DNA from: a virus
Strand: one strand, 5' to 3'
Length of the DNA: 64,000 bases
IMG/VR virus record: IMGVR_UViG_3300025425_001694
In this document: positions 56,553 through 64,000 of the stretch, piece by piece
Numbering within the stretch: position 1 is the stretch's first letter
How the letters are laid out: the number at the start of each line of letters is the position of its first letter
Notes under the pieces: generated by a model
What the model saw: the letters and a program-made list of their open reading frames with translations, nothing else
Told to the model about the DNA's origin: nothing
Databases searched by the model: none
Position numbers and translations under genes: made by a program

Positions 56553-57109
56553 AAGAATGGTTTGAAGGAAAAACTGTTGCCGTGGTTGGAAACTCTATGG
56601 CGCTATTTAGTAAAAAATACGGAAACGAAATTGATTCCCACGACGTTGTGGTGCGCTTAAATAAAGCTGCCATGTTATATACAAGAATGCGTGTTCCGCT
56701 AAGTCACGGAAGTAAAACTAGCGTGTGGGTGTTTTGGAATACTTCTGAATATAAATTATTTTTTGAAAAAATACCAAAACATGTTAAAAAAATACACGCA
56801 GGACATCAGGCCAGGACTCCAGGTAATCTCAATAAAGTAGATTTTGTATACCCAGATTCTTTGTATAAACACTTGAAGTTAAAATCTGGGCGCCATAAAA
56901 ATCCTACAACAGGTTTAATCACGCTAGATTATATATCTACATGCGATCCAAAGAGTGTTACTGTTTACGGGTTTGACTGGAAAGAAACTGCAACGTTTAC
57001 AGATCCAGAAAAGAAAAGAGAACGCGGATGTCCACATGATTATCCTGTAGAAAAGGAATACTGCATGACAACGTTTTTTTCAAAGAATAACTTTTCTCTA
57101 AGAAGCTAA
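56549..57109 (+). CDS. GT29-like glycosyltransferase 3
   Basis: VVGN...GNEIDSHDVVVRLN, PTTG, YGFD, HDYPVE. Confidence 0.75.
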   Translation: MKEWFEGKTVAVVGNSMALFSKKYGNEIDSHDVVVRLNKAAMLYTRMRVPLSHGSKTSVWVFWNTSEYKLFFEKIPKHVKKIHAGHQARTPGNLNKVDFVYPDSLYKHLKLKSGRHKNPTTGLITLDYISTCDPKSVTVYGFDWKETATFTDPEKKRERGCPHDYPVEKEYCMTTFFSKNNFSLRS

Positions 57110-57151
57110 TATTATAAATAAAATAGAATTCATATGACCTAGGGGTATTTC

Positions 57152-59446
57152 ATGGTTGAGAAGAAAAAAGATAAAAAAGATCTTAAAAAAATAAAAGATC
57201 ATAATCCTAGCGATTATATTGAAACAAAGCCAACTATGTCTGAGGCTTTAAAGAAATCCGTGGTAGTAACTTTTGGTAGGTTTAACCCTATCACAGTTGG
57301 TCACGAAAAATTGATAAACAAAGTAATAACCGAAGCTGCGACACGTAAGGCTGATGCTGCAGTTTACATGTCGCATTCTCAAGATTCAAAAAAGAACCCT
57401 TTAAGTTATGATCAAAAAATATCGCTTGGGCAAAAAGCCTATGGTGGAATTGTAAAAAAATCTCCGTCAAGAACAATTATTGAAGTAGCTAAAGAATTAT
57501 CTAAAAAATATAGTACTTTTATACTTGTTGTTGGATCTGATAGAGTCAAAGAGTTTGAAGCACTTTTGAAAAAATATAATGAATTAGATTATACTTTTGA
57601 AAATATTGAAATAGTTTCTGCTGGCGAGAGAGATCCTGACTCTGACGGTGTGTCTGGAATGTCTGCATCAAAGATGAGAAAGGCCGCGGAAACTGGAAAT
57701 GTTGTTTCTTTTAAACAAGGTCTGCCTAAAAAGTTAAAAATATCTGCGGTATCTATAATGAACATGGTTCGTAAAGGTATGAATATTACAGAAGAACTTG
57801 ACGAAGAAAATCTTTCAGAAAGAGAACCACTTTCAATTCAACAAAGACGTAAAAGAGCTTTGGTAATGAGAAAGTACAAAACAAAAATAAAAATGGCACG
57901 TGAAAGATCTAGAAGAAAAATGGCTCCAAAAGAAAAGCTATTAAAAAGATCTAGAAAATCCGCTATTAATTTTATGAGAGACAGGTTATCTAAAAACAAA
58001 AAGTATTCTGCAATGTCAACAGCAGAAAAAATTACTTTGGACCGAAGATTACAAAAAATTCCTGGAAAAGTAATAGATCGTATTGCAACCCGTCTTTTAC
58101 CTAAAGTTAGAACTGCAGAAAAAGAACGTCTTGCCGGTGTTTTAAACCCGCAAAAGAATGAAGATATTTATGATATCAATAATATGTTTGAAACCTTTTT
58201 AGAATCAACATCAACAAAACCACAGGACCCTGATGTAAAAGATATGCCTGGTTCGCAACCAAAAGGTTATTATAAGGGTGTTGAAAAAGATAAAAAAGAC
58301 GATAGAGCTAGACATTTTGCAAAGCACGGTAAAATGGATGATGATAATCCCGACGCGTATAAACCAGCACCCGGTGATAAAGAAGCTAAAACAAAACCGT
58401 CTGTTCATACGAAAAAATTTAAAGATATGTTTGGCGAAAATCCAACTACCAGCGTAGTTCGTAAAAGACCTCATATGGCTTTAGAAAAAAACGGTTCTGT
58501 TAAATTTGACAAGCGGTTTAAAATATTTAAACCAAAAGAAAACTCAGTGAACGAAAGCCATGAAGACTTTAACGAAGATCTTGTAAACCTTATTAACTAT
58601 GTAGACGATTTTGTTATATCAGAAGATTTTGCTATTTTAACAGAATCAGATTCTTCAGCAGCACTTAAGAAAAAAGCAGAGAAAACCGGAATATCATACG
58701 GCATTCTAAAGAAGGTTTTTGATCGCGGCGTAGCTGCTTGGAGAACTGGCCACAGACCAGGAACAAACCCAACACAATGGGGATTTGCTAGAGTTAATTC
58801 ATTTGCTACTAAAGGTAAAGGAACCTGGGGAAAAGCAGATAAAGACTTGGCAGATAAAGTTAGAAAGGAACAGTTTAATTTGACAACAGGAGAAGAGCAA
58901 TTCTTAAACCTTGATGAACAAATTATGCTAAATAAAATTCTTGAAAAAATACACAATCACGTTTTAAAAGGCGAAAATTTAAAAGATGTAATCGAAGAAA
59001 TTGAAACCCTCATGAATACAGGAATTCCAGAGAGGCATTTGGAAGTAGAATACTTAAAAAAATATAATGATGAGTATATACACACCGAAGTACAGAGTGA
59101 AGACAGTGAAAGTTTATTAAAAAGAAACCAGTTACTTAAAAAATATGGTTATAAAGCAGAAAATAAAGTAAAAGATTCAAAAGATTCTTCGGCTGATAGA
59201 GAATATGGTACTGACGAATTAACTAAAAAATATAAAAAAGACACACCAGGCCAAACCAACGAAGAAGCTTCATTAAACTCAGTTATAAGTAGGGGTGATA
59301 CTGTCACGTTTAAACATGACTTAGTTACAAACAACACGAAAACTCTCGAGGGAATTTTTGTTGGAACTGATGGAGCTACTGGCAGAGCTAAAATAAAAAC
59401 AGGGGACGGTAAATTGTATATCGTAAAACATGATGAAATCGTTTAA
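57152..59446 (+). CDS. multidomain late protein with N-terminal HxGH nucleotidyltransferase domain
   Basis: FGRFNPITVGHEKL, VVGSDR, SAGERDPD, MSASKMR; later RGVAAWRTGHRPG..QWGFARVNSF domain. Confidence 0.8.
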   Translation: MVEKKKDKKDLKKIKDHNPSDYIETKPTMSEALKKSVVVTFGRFNPITVGHEKLINKVITEAATRKADAAVYMSHSQDSKKNPLSYDQKISLGQKAYGGIVKKSPSRTIIEVAKELSKKYSTFILVVGSDRVKEFEALLKKYNELDYTFENIEIVSAGERDPDSDGVSGMSASKMRKAAETGNVVSFKQGLPKKLKISAVSIMNMVRKGMNITEELDEENLSEREPLSIQQRRKRALVMRKYKTKIKMARERSRRKMAPKEKLLKRSRKSAINFMRDRLSKNKKYSAMSTAEKITLDRRLQKIPGKVIDRIATRLLPKVRTAEKERLAGVLNPQKNEDIYDINNMFETFLESTSTKPQDPDVKDMPGSQPKGYYKGVEKDKKDDRARHFAKHGKMDDDNPDAYKPAPGDKEAKTKPSVHTKKFKDMFGENPTTSVVRKRPHMALEKNGSVKFDKRFKIFKPKENSVNESHEDFNEDLVNLINYVDDFVISEDFAILTESDSSAALKKKAEKTGISYGILKKVFDRGVAAWRTGHRPGTNPTQWGFARVNSFATKGKGTWGKADKDLADKVRKEQFNLTTGEEQFLNLDEQIMLNKILEKIHNHVLKGENLKDVIEEIETLMNTGIPERHLEVEYLKKYNDEYIHTEVQSEDSESLLKRNQLLKKYGYKAENKVKDSKDSSADREYGTDELTKKYKKDTPGQTNEEASLNSVISRGDTVTFKHDLVTNNTKTLEGIFVGTDGATGRAKIKTGDGKLYIVKHDEIV

Positions 59447-59738
59447 GCAGCACATGGAAAATACACCAAATTTAAAAGAGCAACATCCAAACTGTGGTAC
59501 TCCGCAATGTTGCGGTAAATGCGATACTGCAGTTACCGAAGGTTCAGAAACTTGGGAAGATGGTTATAAACGTAGGGTTATAAAAACTACTAAACCAGAA
59601 CACAAAGACGATGGGTATAACTGGCGTATTAAAGGTAAAGACCGTCCTAATATTTCTATCAAATTGTATAAAGAAAAACCATCTTTTAAAGAATTTACAA
59701 AACAAATGAAAAGAGTTGCTGGTCATGAGTTTGGTTAG
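59433..59738 (+). CDS. putative internal head protein
   Basis: MKSFKQHME N-terminus; HPNCGTPQCCGKC. Confidence 0.55.
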   Translation: MKSFKQHMENTPNLKEQHPNCGTPQCCGKCDTAVTEGSETWEDGYKRRVIKTTKPEHKDDGYNWRIKGKDRPNISIKLYKEKPSFKEFTKQMKRVAGHEFG

Positions 59739-60024
59739 ATTTCGTTTATATATTTCTGAGGGTGTTCGTCTTAAACTCATTAGGGGTAAGGGCGAAGACA
59801 CTTTAAAGATGCAGGATACTAAAGAGAAATCTTGGGTTGAACTTCGTGGAAAACCTGGATTTGAAACTAAGTACGACAAACACGATCCTTTACACAAAGC
59901 TATTACCGCGTTAGGCAAATCTGCTAATATATCAGATTTCATGAACGGAGATGAAGTATCTATTAATCCAAACCATTCTGACGGTAAAAAAGCGTTGGCA
60001 ACAATAAAGAAGTTGATGAAATGA
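59725..60024 (+). CDS. putative internal head protein
   Basis: RFRLYISE N-terminus; WVELRGK. Confidence 0.5.
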   Translation: MSLVRFRLYISEGVRLKLIRGKGEDTLKMQDTKEKSWVELRGKPGFETKYDKHDPLHKAITALGKSANISDFMNGDEVSINPNHSDGKKALATIKKLMK

Positions 60025-60329
60025 AAAGTTTTAAAGAGTTTTTAGAAGAAAAAGATCCTCGATTGGCGAAGGCTGGAGTAGATGGTTATAATAAAGCCAA
60101 AAGGACTCCTAGCCATCCTGAAAAGAGTCATATCGTTGTCGCTAAGGACGGTGACAAGATTAAGACTATTCGTTTTGGTCAACAAGGTGCTTCTACTGCC
60201 GGTGATCCTAAAAAAGGCGAATCAGATAAAATGAAAGCTAAGCGAAAGTCTTTCAAAGCACGCCACGGTAAAAACATTGCTAAAGGTAAAATGAGTGGTG
60301 CATATTGGGCAGATAAAGAAAAGTGGTAA
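60021..60329 (+). CDS. putative internal head protein (basic)
   Basis: MKSFKEFLEE; KTIRFGQQG...RKSFKARH...AYWA..KW. Confidence 0.65.
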   Translation: MKSFKEFLEEKDPRLAKAGVDGYNKAKRTPSHPEKSHIVVAKDGDKIKTIRFGQQGASTAGDPKKGESDKMKAKRKSFKARHGKNIAKGKMSGAYWADKEKW

Positions 60330-60402
60330 CAATTGTTGCGTAATAACTCAATGCAAAAAATTGATAAATAGTTTTAAATACAACGAAAGTAAAGGTTAGT
60401 CA

Positions 60403-61605
60403 ATGAAAAACTTTAACAGATTTTTAAAAGAAAAAAATAAAAAAACTGAGTGCCCTAAATGTGAAGGAGCTGGCTGCGATCATTGCGATGATAAAGGCTA
60501 TCACATTATCGACGAAAGTTTTACTAAGAAACAAATTTCGTCTGCAATTGGAATTGCATCTGATAAAAGATATGCTGGCAATAATATGACTGGCGCTGTT
60601 AAAGTAATTGAAAAAATTAAAAACGGTTTATCTAATCACCCACAAGTAATGGCAGTTTTGAAAAGACAAAACGAAGAACTTGATGAGATTAGTGCTTCTG
60701 ATAAAAAGCATATGGCTCAAATCTACGATAAGAAAGGCAACCTTACTCCTCTCGGTAAAAGAGTTATGGATCACGGTAAAAAAGCTGCTGATGCAAAAGT
60801 AGCAGATAAGGCCCGGCGTAAAGAATATAACGCATATCAAAAATCTAAGCGCAATGAAGAAGTCGAGCTTGATGAAGCATCAATTCAACTTGTAGCTAAG
60901 GATCTTGAAGCATATGCTAAAAAACACGGTGGCATGGATAAAAAAGATTTTATGAAAGCTGCAGCTATGATGAAATCAAACCAGAAAGCTGACTTAGTAA
61001 AATTTGTAGACGACTTAGACACAGAGCCGCGCGAGAAAATTATTTATATGATTTTTCAAATGATGGGTAAAAAAACAGCAGAAAAAATGTTTAATGTTAA
61101 CATTAATGAAGCAGGGCCCAGGCATACAATGATACCAATGAATAAACGATTTGGTAGTAGTGGACGTGATTCTAAGAAATTTGATATATATAAGAAACAC
61201 ATGAAAAAGACTAGTTCTGATGAATCGACTGTGCGAATGATCGCTGACAACCCAGCCGACCCTGAATCAAAGCGTATGATGAAAAACAAAGATATTGCTA
61301 AGGGTGTTGAATTATATAAAGCTTCTTTTAAAGAAGAGGTTGAACTTGATGAAAAGGCGCCTAAAATACAAGGTGACTCTATTGCAATTCAACGTGCTAG
61401 AGATAAAGCTCATGCTGATGCTATGGGCCGGCATGTAAAATCTGGCCGTGAGAAAAGTGCACCATCTGTTCAATGGAAAGTTCAAATCGGTAAAAGACAT
61501 TATACTGTAACTGCGCGAGATACTGCTAATGCGCATGCAAAGGCTAGAGTGATGGCAAAGGCAGACCAAAATTTTGGTGTACCTGGCACAATTGAACGTA
61601 TTTAA
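60403..61605 (+). CDS. modular putative internal head protein
   Basis: MKNFNRFLKE; CPKCEGAGCDHC; repeated EE(VE)LDE linkers. Confidence 0.65.
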   Translation: MKNFNRFLKEKNKKTECPKCEGAGCDHCDDKGYHIIDESFTKKQISSAIGIASDKRYAGNNMTGAVKVIEKIKNGLSNHPQVMAVLKRQNEELDEISASDKKHMAQIYDKKGNLTPLGKRVMDHGKKAADAKVADKARRKEYNAYQKSKRNEEVELDEASIQLVAKDLEAYAKKHGGMDKKDFMKAAAMMKSNQKADLVKFVDDLDTEPREKIIYMIFQMMGKKTAEKMFNVNINEAGPRHTMIPMNKRFGSSGRDSKKFDIYKKHMKKTSSDESTVRMIADNPADPESKRMMKNKDIAKGVELYKASFKEEVELDEKAPKIQGDSIAIQRARDKAHADAMGRHVKSGREKSAPSVQWKVQIGKRHYTVTARDTANAHAKARVMAKADQNFGVPGTIERI

Positions 61606-61643
61606 AATTAATTTAAACAACCCAAACAAGGAGAACAACAACA

Positions 61644-61955
61644 ATGGCACTTTGGGGAAAAACAGACGCATTAGCTTCAGTACCAACATGGTTAGAAGCT
61701 GACTCTAATAATACAAACAAATCAAATGACCAAGATAACGCGATTTTTGTCGACACCACAGAAGCTGGTGTAGCAGCTAACCGTGCAAAAGGTATTAAAA
61801 CTCCAGGCTGGAATTTATATAATACTTATACAACAGCCGAGGGTAATACTCGCCACATAGTAGAATCATTAGTGACTATGAAAGTTACTGCAGGCGATGC
61901 TGGCGACCTTGGTGTAACTGGAGCAGGCGATGACTCAATCGTAGCTGATGCTTAA
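61644..61955 (+). CDS. putative structural protein
   Basis: GGAG RBS; MALWGKTD...TPGW. Confidence 0.55.
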   Translation: MALWGKTDALASVPTWLEADSNNTNKSNDQDNAIFVDTTEAGVAANRAKGIKTPGWNLYNTYTTAEGNTRHIVESLVTMKVTAGDAGDLGVTGAGDDSIVADA

Positions 61956-61975
61956 TCGAAAGTAGAAATTAAATT

Positions 61976-62350
61976 ATGAAGCTAGGAGAATCAACTTTTC
62001 TTCTTTATGCTGCAAAATATTATGAAAATCCGCATTGTTCGGATATTGCAGAATTTGAAGAAGACTTAAAAAGATTGCAGTACTTAAGAAAGCTCTTTGG
62101 TAGATACAAACAGTCCGGAGATCTAAAAGAAAGGTTGATTCTCAATCATTTAATTATTTTATATAATTGTTTTGGTATAGAAACAACAAATATGCTGTTT
62201 ATGAAGCTAGAAGAATACCACGATTATTTGAAGCCCTTTGTGGTATATTTAAATTTTATGCCAGAATTTATTGAATATGATGATGAAAAAATTCATAATC
62301 GTCACTTTAAATCAGATGAACATATAGAAGAAATTTTAAGGAAAATATAA
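61976..62350 (+). CDS. conserved T4-like hypothetical protein
   Basis: YAAKYYENP, EFEEDL, LKERLILNH. Confidence 0.65.
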   Translation: MKLGESTFLLYAAKYYENPHCSDIAEFEEDLKRLQYLRKLFGRYKQSGDLKERLILNHLIILYNCFGIETTNMLFMKLEEYHDYLKPFVVYLNFMPEFIEYDDEKIHNRHFKSDEHIEEILRKI

Positions 62351-62351
62351 A

Positions 62352-63350
62352 GTGATAGTAGATCTATTTTTAGTTTATCAATTTATTCGTAGATTAGCTA
62401 CGCCATTTGAGAAGTGGCCTGCTTACGAAGCCGGTGTAATAGATAAAAATGGAAATATACTCAAAGGAAAAAAACAGAGAAATTTAAAATCTGAAAAAGA
62501 TTCGTTTGGTATTTTTGATTTGATGATATTAAAACTTAAAAAGCTTTTAGCTAAACTACCAGGTGGATCATCAAATTTTGCTTCATACGCTGCAGCACTA
62601 TTTCTCATAAAGGAATGGAAACATTTTACTGATGACAGCATGCTTAATGAATCTGTATCTACCAAACAACTAGATGAATCATTAGATTTATTTTTTAGTA
62701 GATATAATCATTATAACACACTTTCAGAAGATGTCAATCTAAATATGTTGCCAGAAGCAAAAGAATTACCAACCAAACCACCTAAGTTCACAAAAGCTGG
62801 TCCAGATGGCGAAATTGAAATAAAGTTTCCGACAGGACGTAAGTTCCTGATCCGAAAGCAGCTTGATCCAAATTTGCGTCACGAGCGTGGTTCGTTTCAA
62901 TTTCTTGAGTGGGACGGAGACGATTGGGAGTGGGCTGATACAGTTAGTCCTAAAGCGTATGCAAAAGAAAAAGTGCTTGGTATAGGTATGTGGGATAAAG
63001 GGCACAAGAAATTAGTTGCTGATTATTCTTCATCTATGACCAAATATATTCATACTAAGGTTACTGATGGTAAAACTACTATTAATTTTAATGAGTCAGC
63101 TATTAATATGCGCACAATAAAATTAATTAATAAAATTAAAAAGTCTGGTGTAGTAAAATCTGGTTCAATGTCAAAATCAATAGACACGAAACCAGCAATG
63201 AAAGAAGAACTAGCTAATAGTGTTGGTGGCGGTGGTATAGCCGGTTTAGATGGCGGGCATATGTCAAAGGCTGCTCAGAAAAAATGGACATCAAGTAATA
63301 AGTCTAATAAAAAGAAAAGACTTAGAGATATTATAGGAGTGAATACATGA
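62352..63350 (+). CDS. conserved T4-like hypothetical protein
   Basis: DLFLVYQFIRRLATPFEKWPAY..GVID, YAAALFLIKE. Confidence 0.65.
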   Translation: MIVDLFLVYQFIRRLATPFEKWPAYEAGVIDKNGNILKGKKQRNLKSEKDSFGIFDLMILKLKKLLAKLPGGSSNFASYAAALFLIKEWKHFTDDSMLNESVSTKQLDESLDLFFSRYNHYNTLSEDVNLNMLPEAKELPTKPPKFTKAGPDGEIEIKFPTGRKFLIRKQLDPNLRHERGSFQFLEWDGDDWEWADTVSPKAYAKEKVLGIGMWDKGHKKLVADYSSSMTKYIHTKVTDGKTTINFNESAINMRTIKLINKIKKSGVVKSGSMSKSIDTKPAMKEELANSVGGGGIAGLDGGHMSKAAQKKWTSSNKSNKKKRLRDIIGVNT

Positions 63351-64000
63351 TTAGTTTAGATCAATTTAGCGCAATGATACCGAGGAATAAAGAACCAGAA
63401 GCCTGGTATAAAAATGTTGTTGACATGTTTGAAAAATATGATATAGTAACACCATTGCGTATTGCAGGTTTCATGGCTCAATGCGGTCACGAGTCTGCAG
63501 ACTTTAACTCGCTGGAAGAAAATTTAAATTACAGTGAAAAAGCATTGAATGGCGTATTTGGTAGGTACTTTGGATCTGGTAAAAGAAACGCGGCAGATTA
63601 TGCTCGTAAACCAGAAAAAATTGCGAATTATGTTTACCAAGATGAATTCCGTTCAAAACGCGGTCAGATGGGTAACACCAAAGATGGCGACGGTTGGAGG
63701 TTCCGTGGCCGTGGTATTAAACAATTAACCGGTCGCAACAACTATACTGCATTCGGTAAATCTGTTGGTATGTCGGCAGAAGAAGCGTCAGAATATGTAG
63801 CAACAAAAAAAGGTGCTCTTGAGTCTGCATGCTGGTTTTGGGCTACAAACAAAATTGATAGATATGCAGATAATGACGATATCGTTGGAATGACTAAACG
63901 CATTAACGGTGGTACAATTGGTTTAGACGATCGCAAATCTCGTTATTCAAGAGCAAAGAGTATTTTAGGTGGTGAAAGTATTCCAACGCCAAAGAAAACT
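63347..64000 (+). CDS. GH19 chitinase-like endolysin (runs off the window end)
   Basis: hand translation: FMAQCGHES...EENLNYS...DGDGWRFRGRGIKQLTGRNNY...TKRINGGTIGL. Confidence 0.88.
   Translation, partial: MISLDQFSAMIPRNKEPEAWYKNVVDMFEKYDIVTPLRIAGFMAQCGHESADFNSLEENLNYSEKALNGVFGRYFGSGKRNAADYARKPEKIANYVYQDEFRSKRGQMGNTKDGDGWRFRGRGIKQLTGRNNYTAFGKSVGMSAEEASEYVATKKGALESACWFWATNKIDRYADNDDIVGMTKRINGGTIGLDDRKSRYSRAKSILGGESIPTPKKT

Noticed and set aside
4516-63936. Numerous short antisense or nested ORFs (e.g. 4516, 5306, 7850, 22516, 35891, 58597, 63742)
   Set aside because: Shadow frames of well-supported genes, with no motifs or RBS

Overview
AT-rich segment of a large T4-like (Tevenvirinae-like) myovirus genome, most likely infecting a marine alphaproteobacterium. 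Host clues are a permuted two-piece tmRNA with a Rhodobacteraceae-like tag, a Rhodobacter-type porin, DUF1127, pcyX/heme oxygenase, and GANTC-containing promoters. It carries the replication/recombination core (gp43, gp46/47, gp55, uvsW/Y/X, topoisomerase II, gp33, gp59, gp32, gp41), six tRNAs plus TilS, and many auxiliary genes. Highlights: (1) gp46 is fractured at its Walker A motif by an atypically split intein (29-aa IntN, ~122-aa IntC) with a tiny Zn-finger ORF between the halves. (2) A second fractured gene, a KxDG ligase-like protein with a capsid-targeting-like N-terminus, is split by a canonical split intein around an HNH endonuclease. (3) A GIY-YIG endonuclease element appears to have replaced the 3' third of kdsA, leaving a diverged copy downstream. 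(4) CMP-Kdo and GDP-colitose-type sugar pathways occur with seven glycosyltransferase-like genes. (5) There are two bilin reductases, one lacking the catalytic Asp. (6) Two strongly base-paired unknown ncRNA candidates precede the tRNA cluster. All calls are by eye from motifs; no database searches were run.
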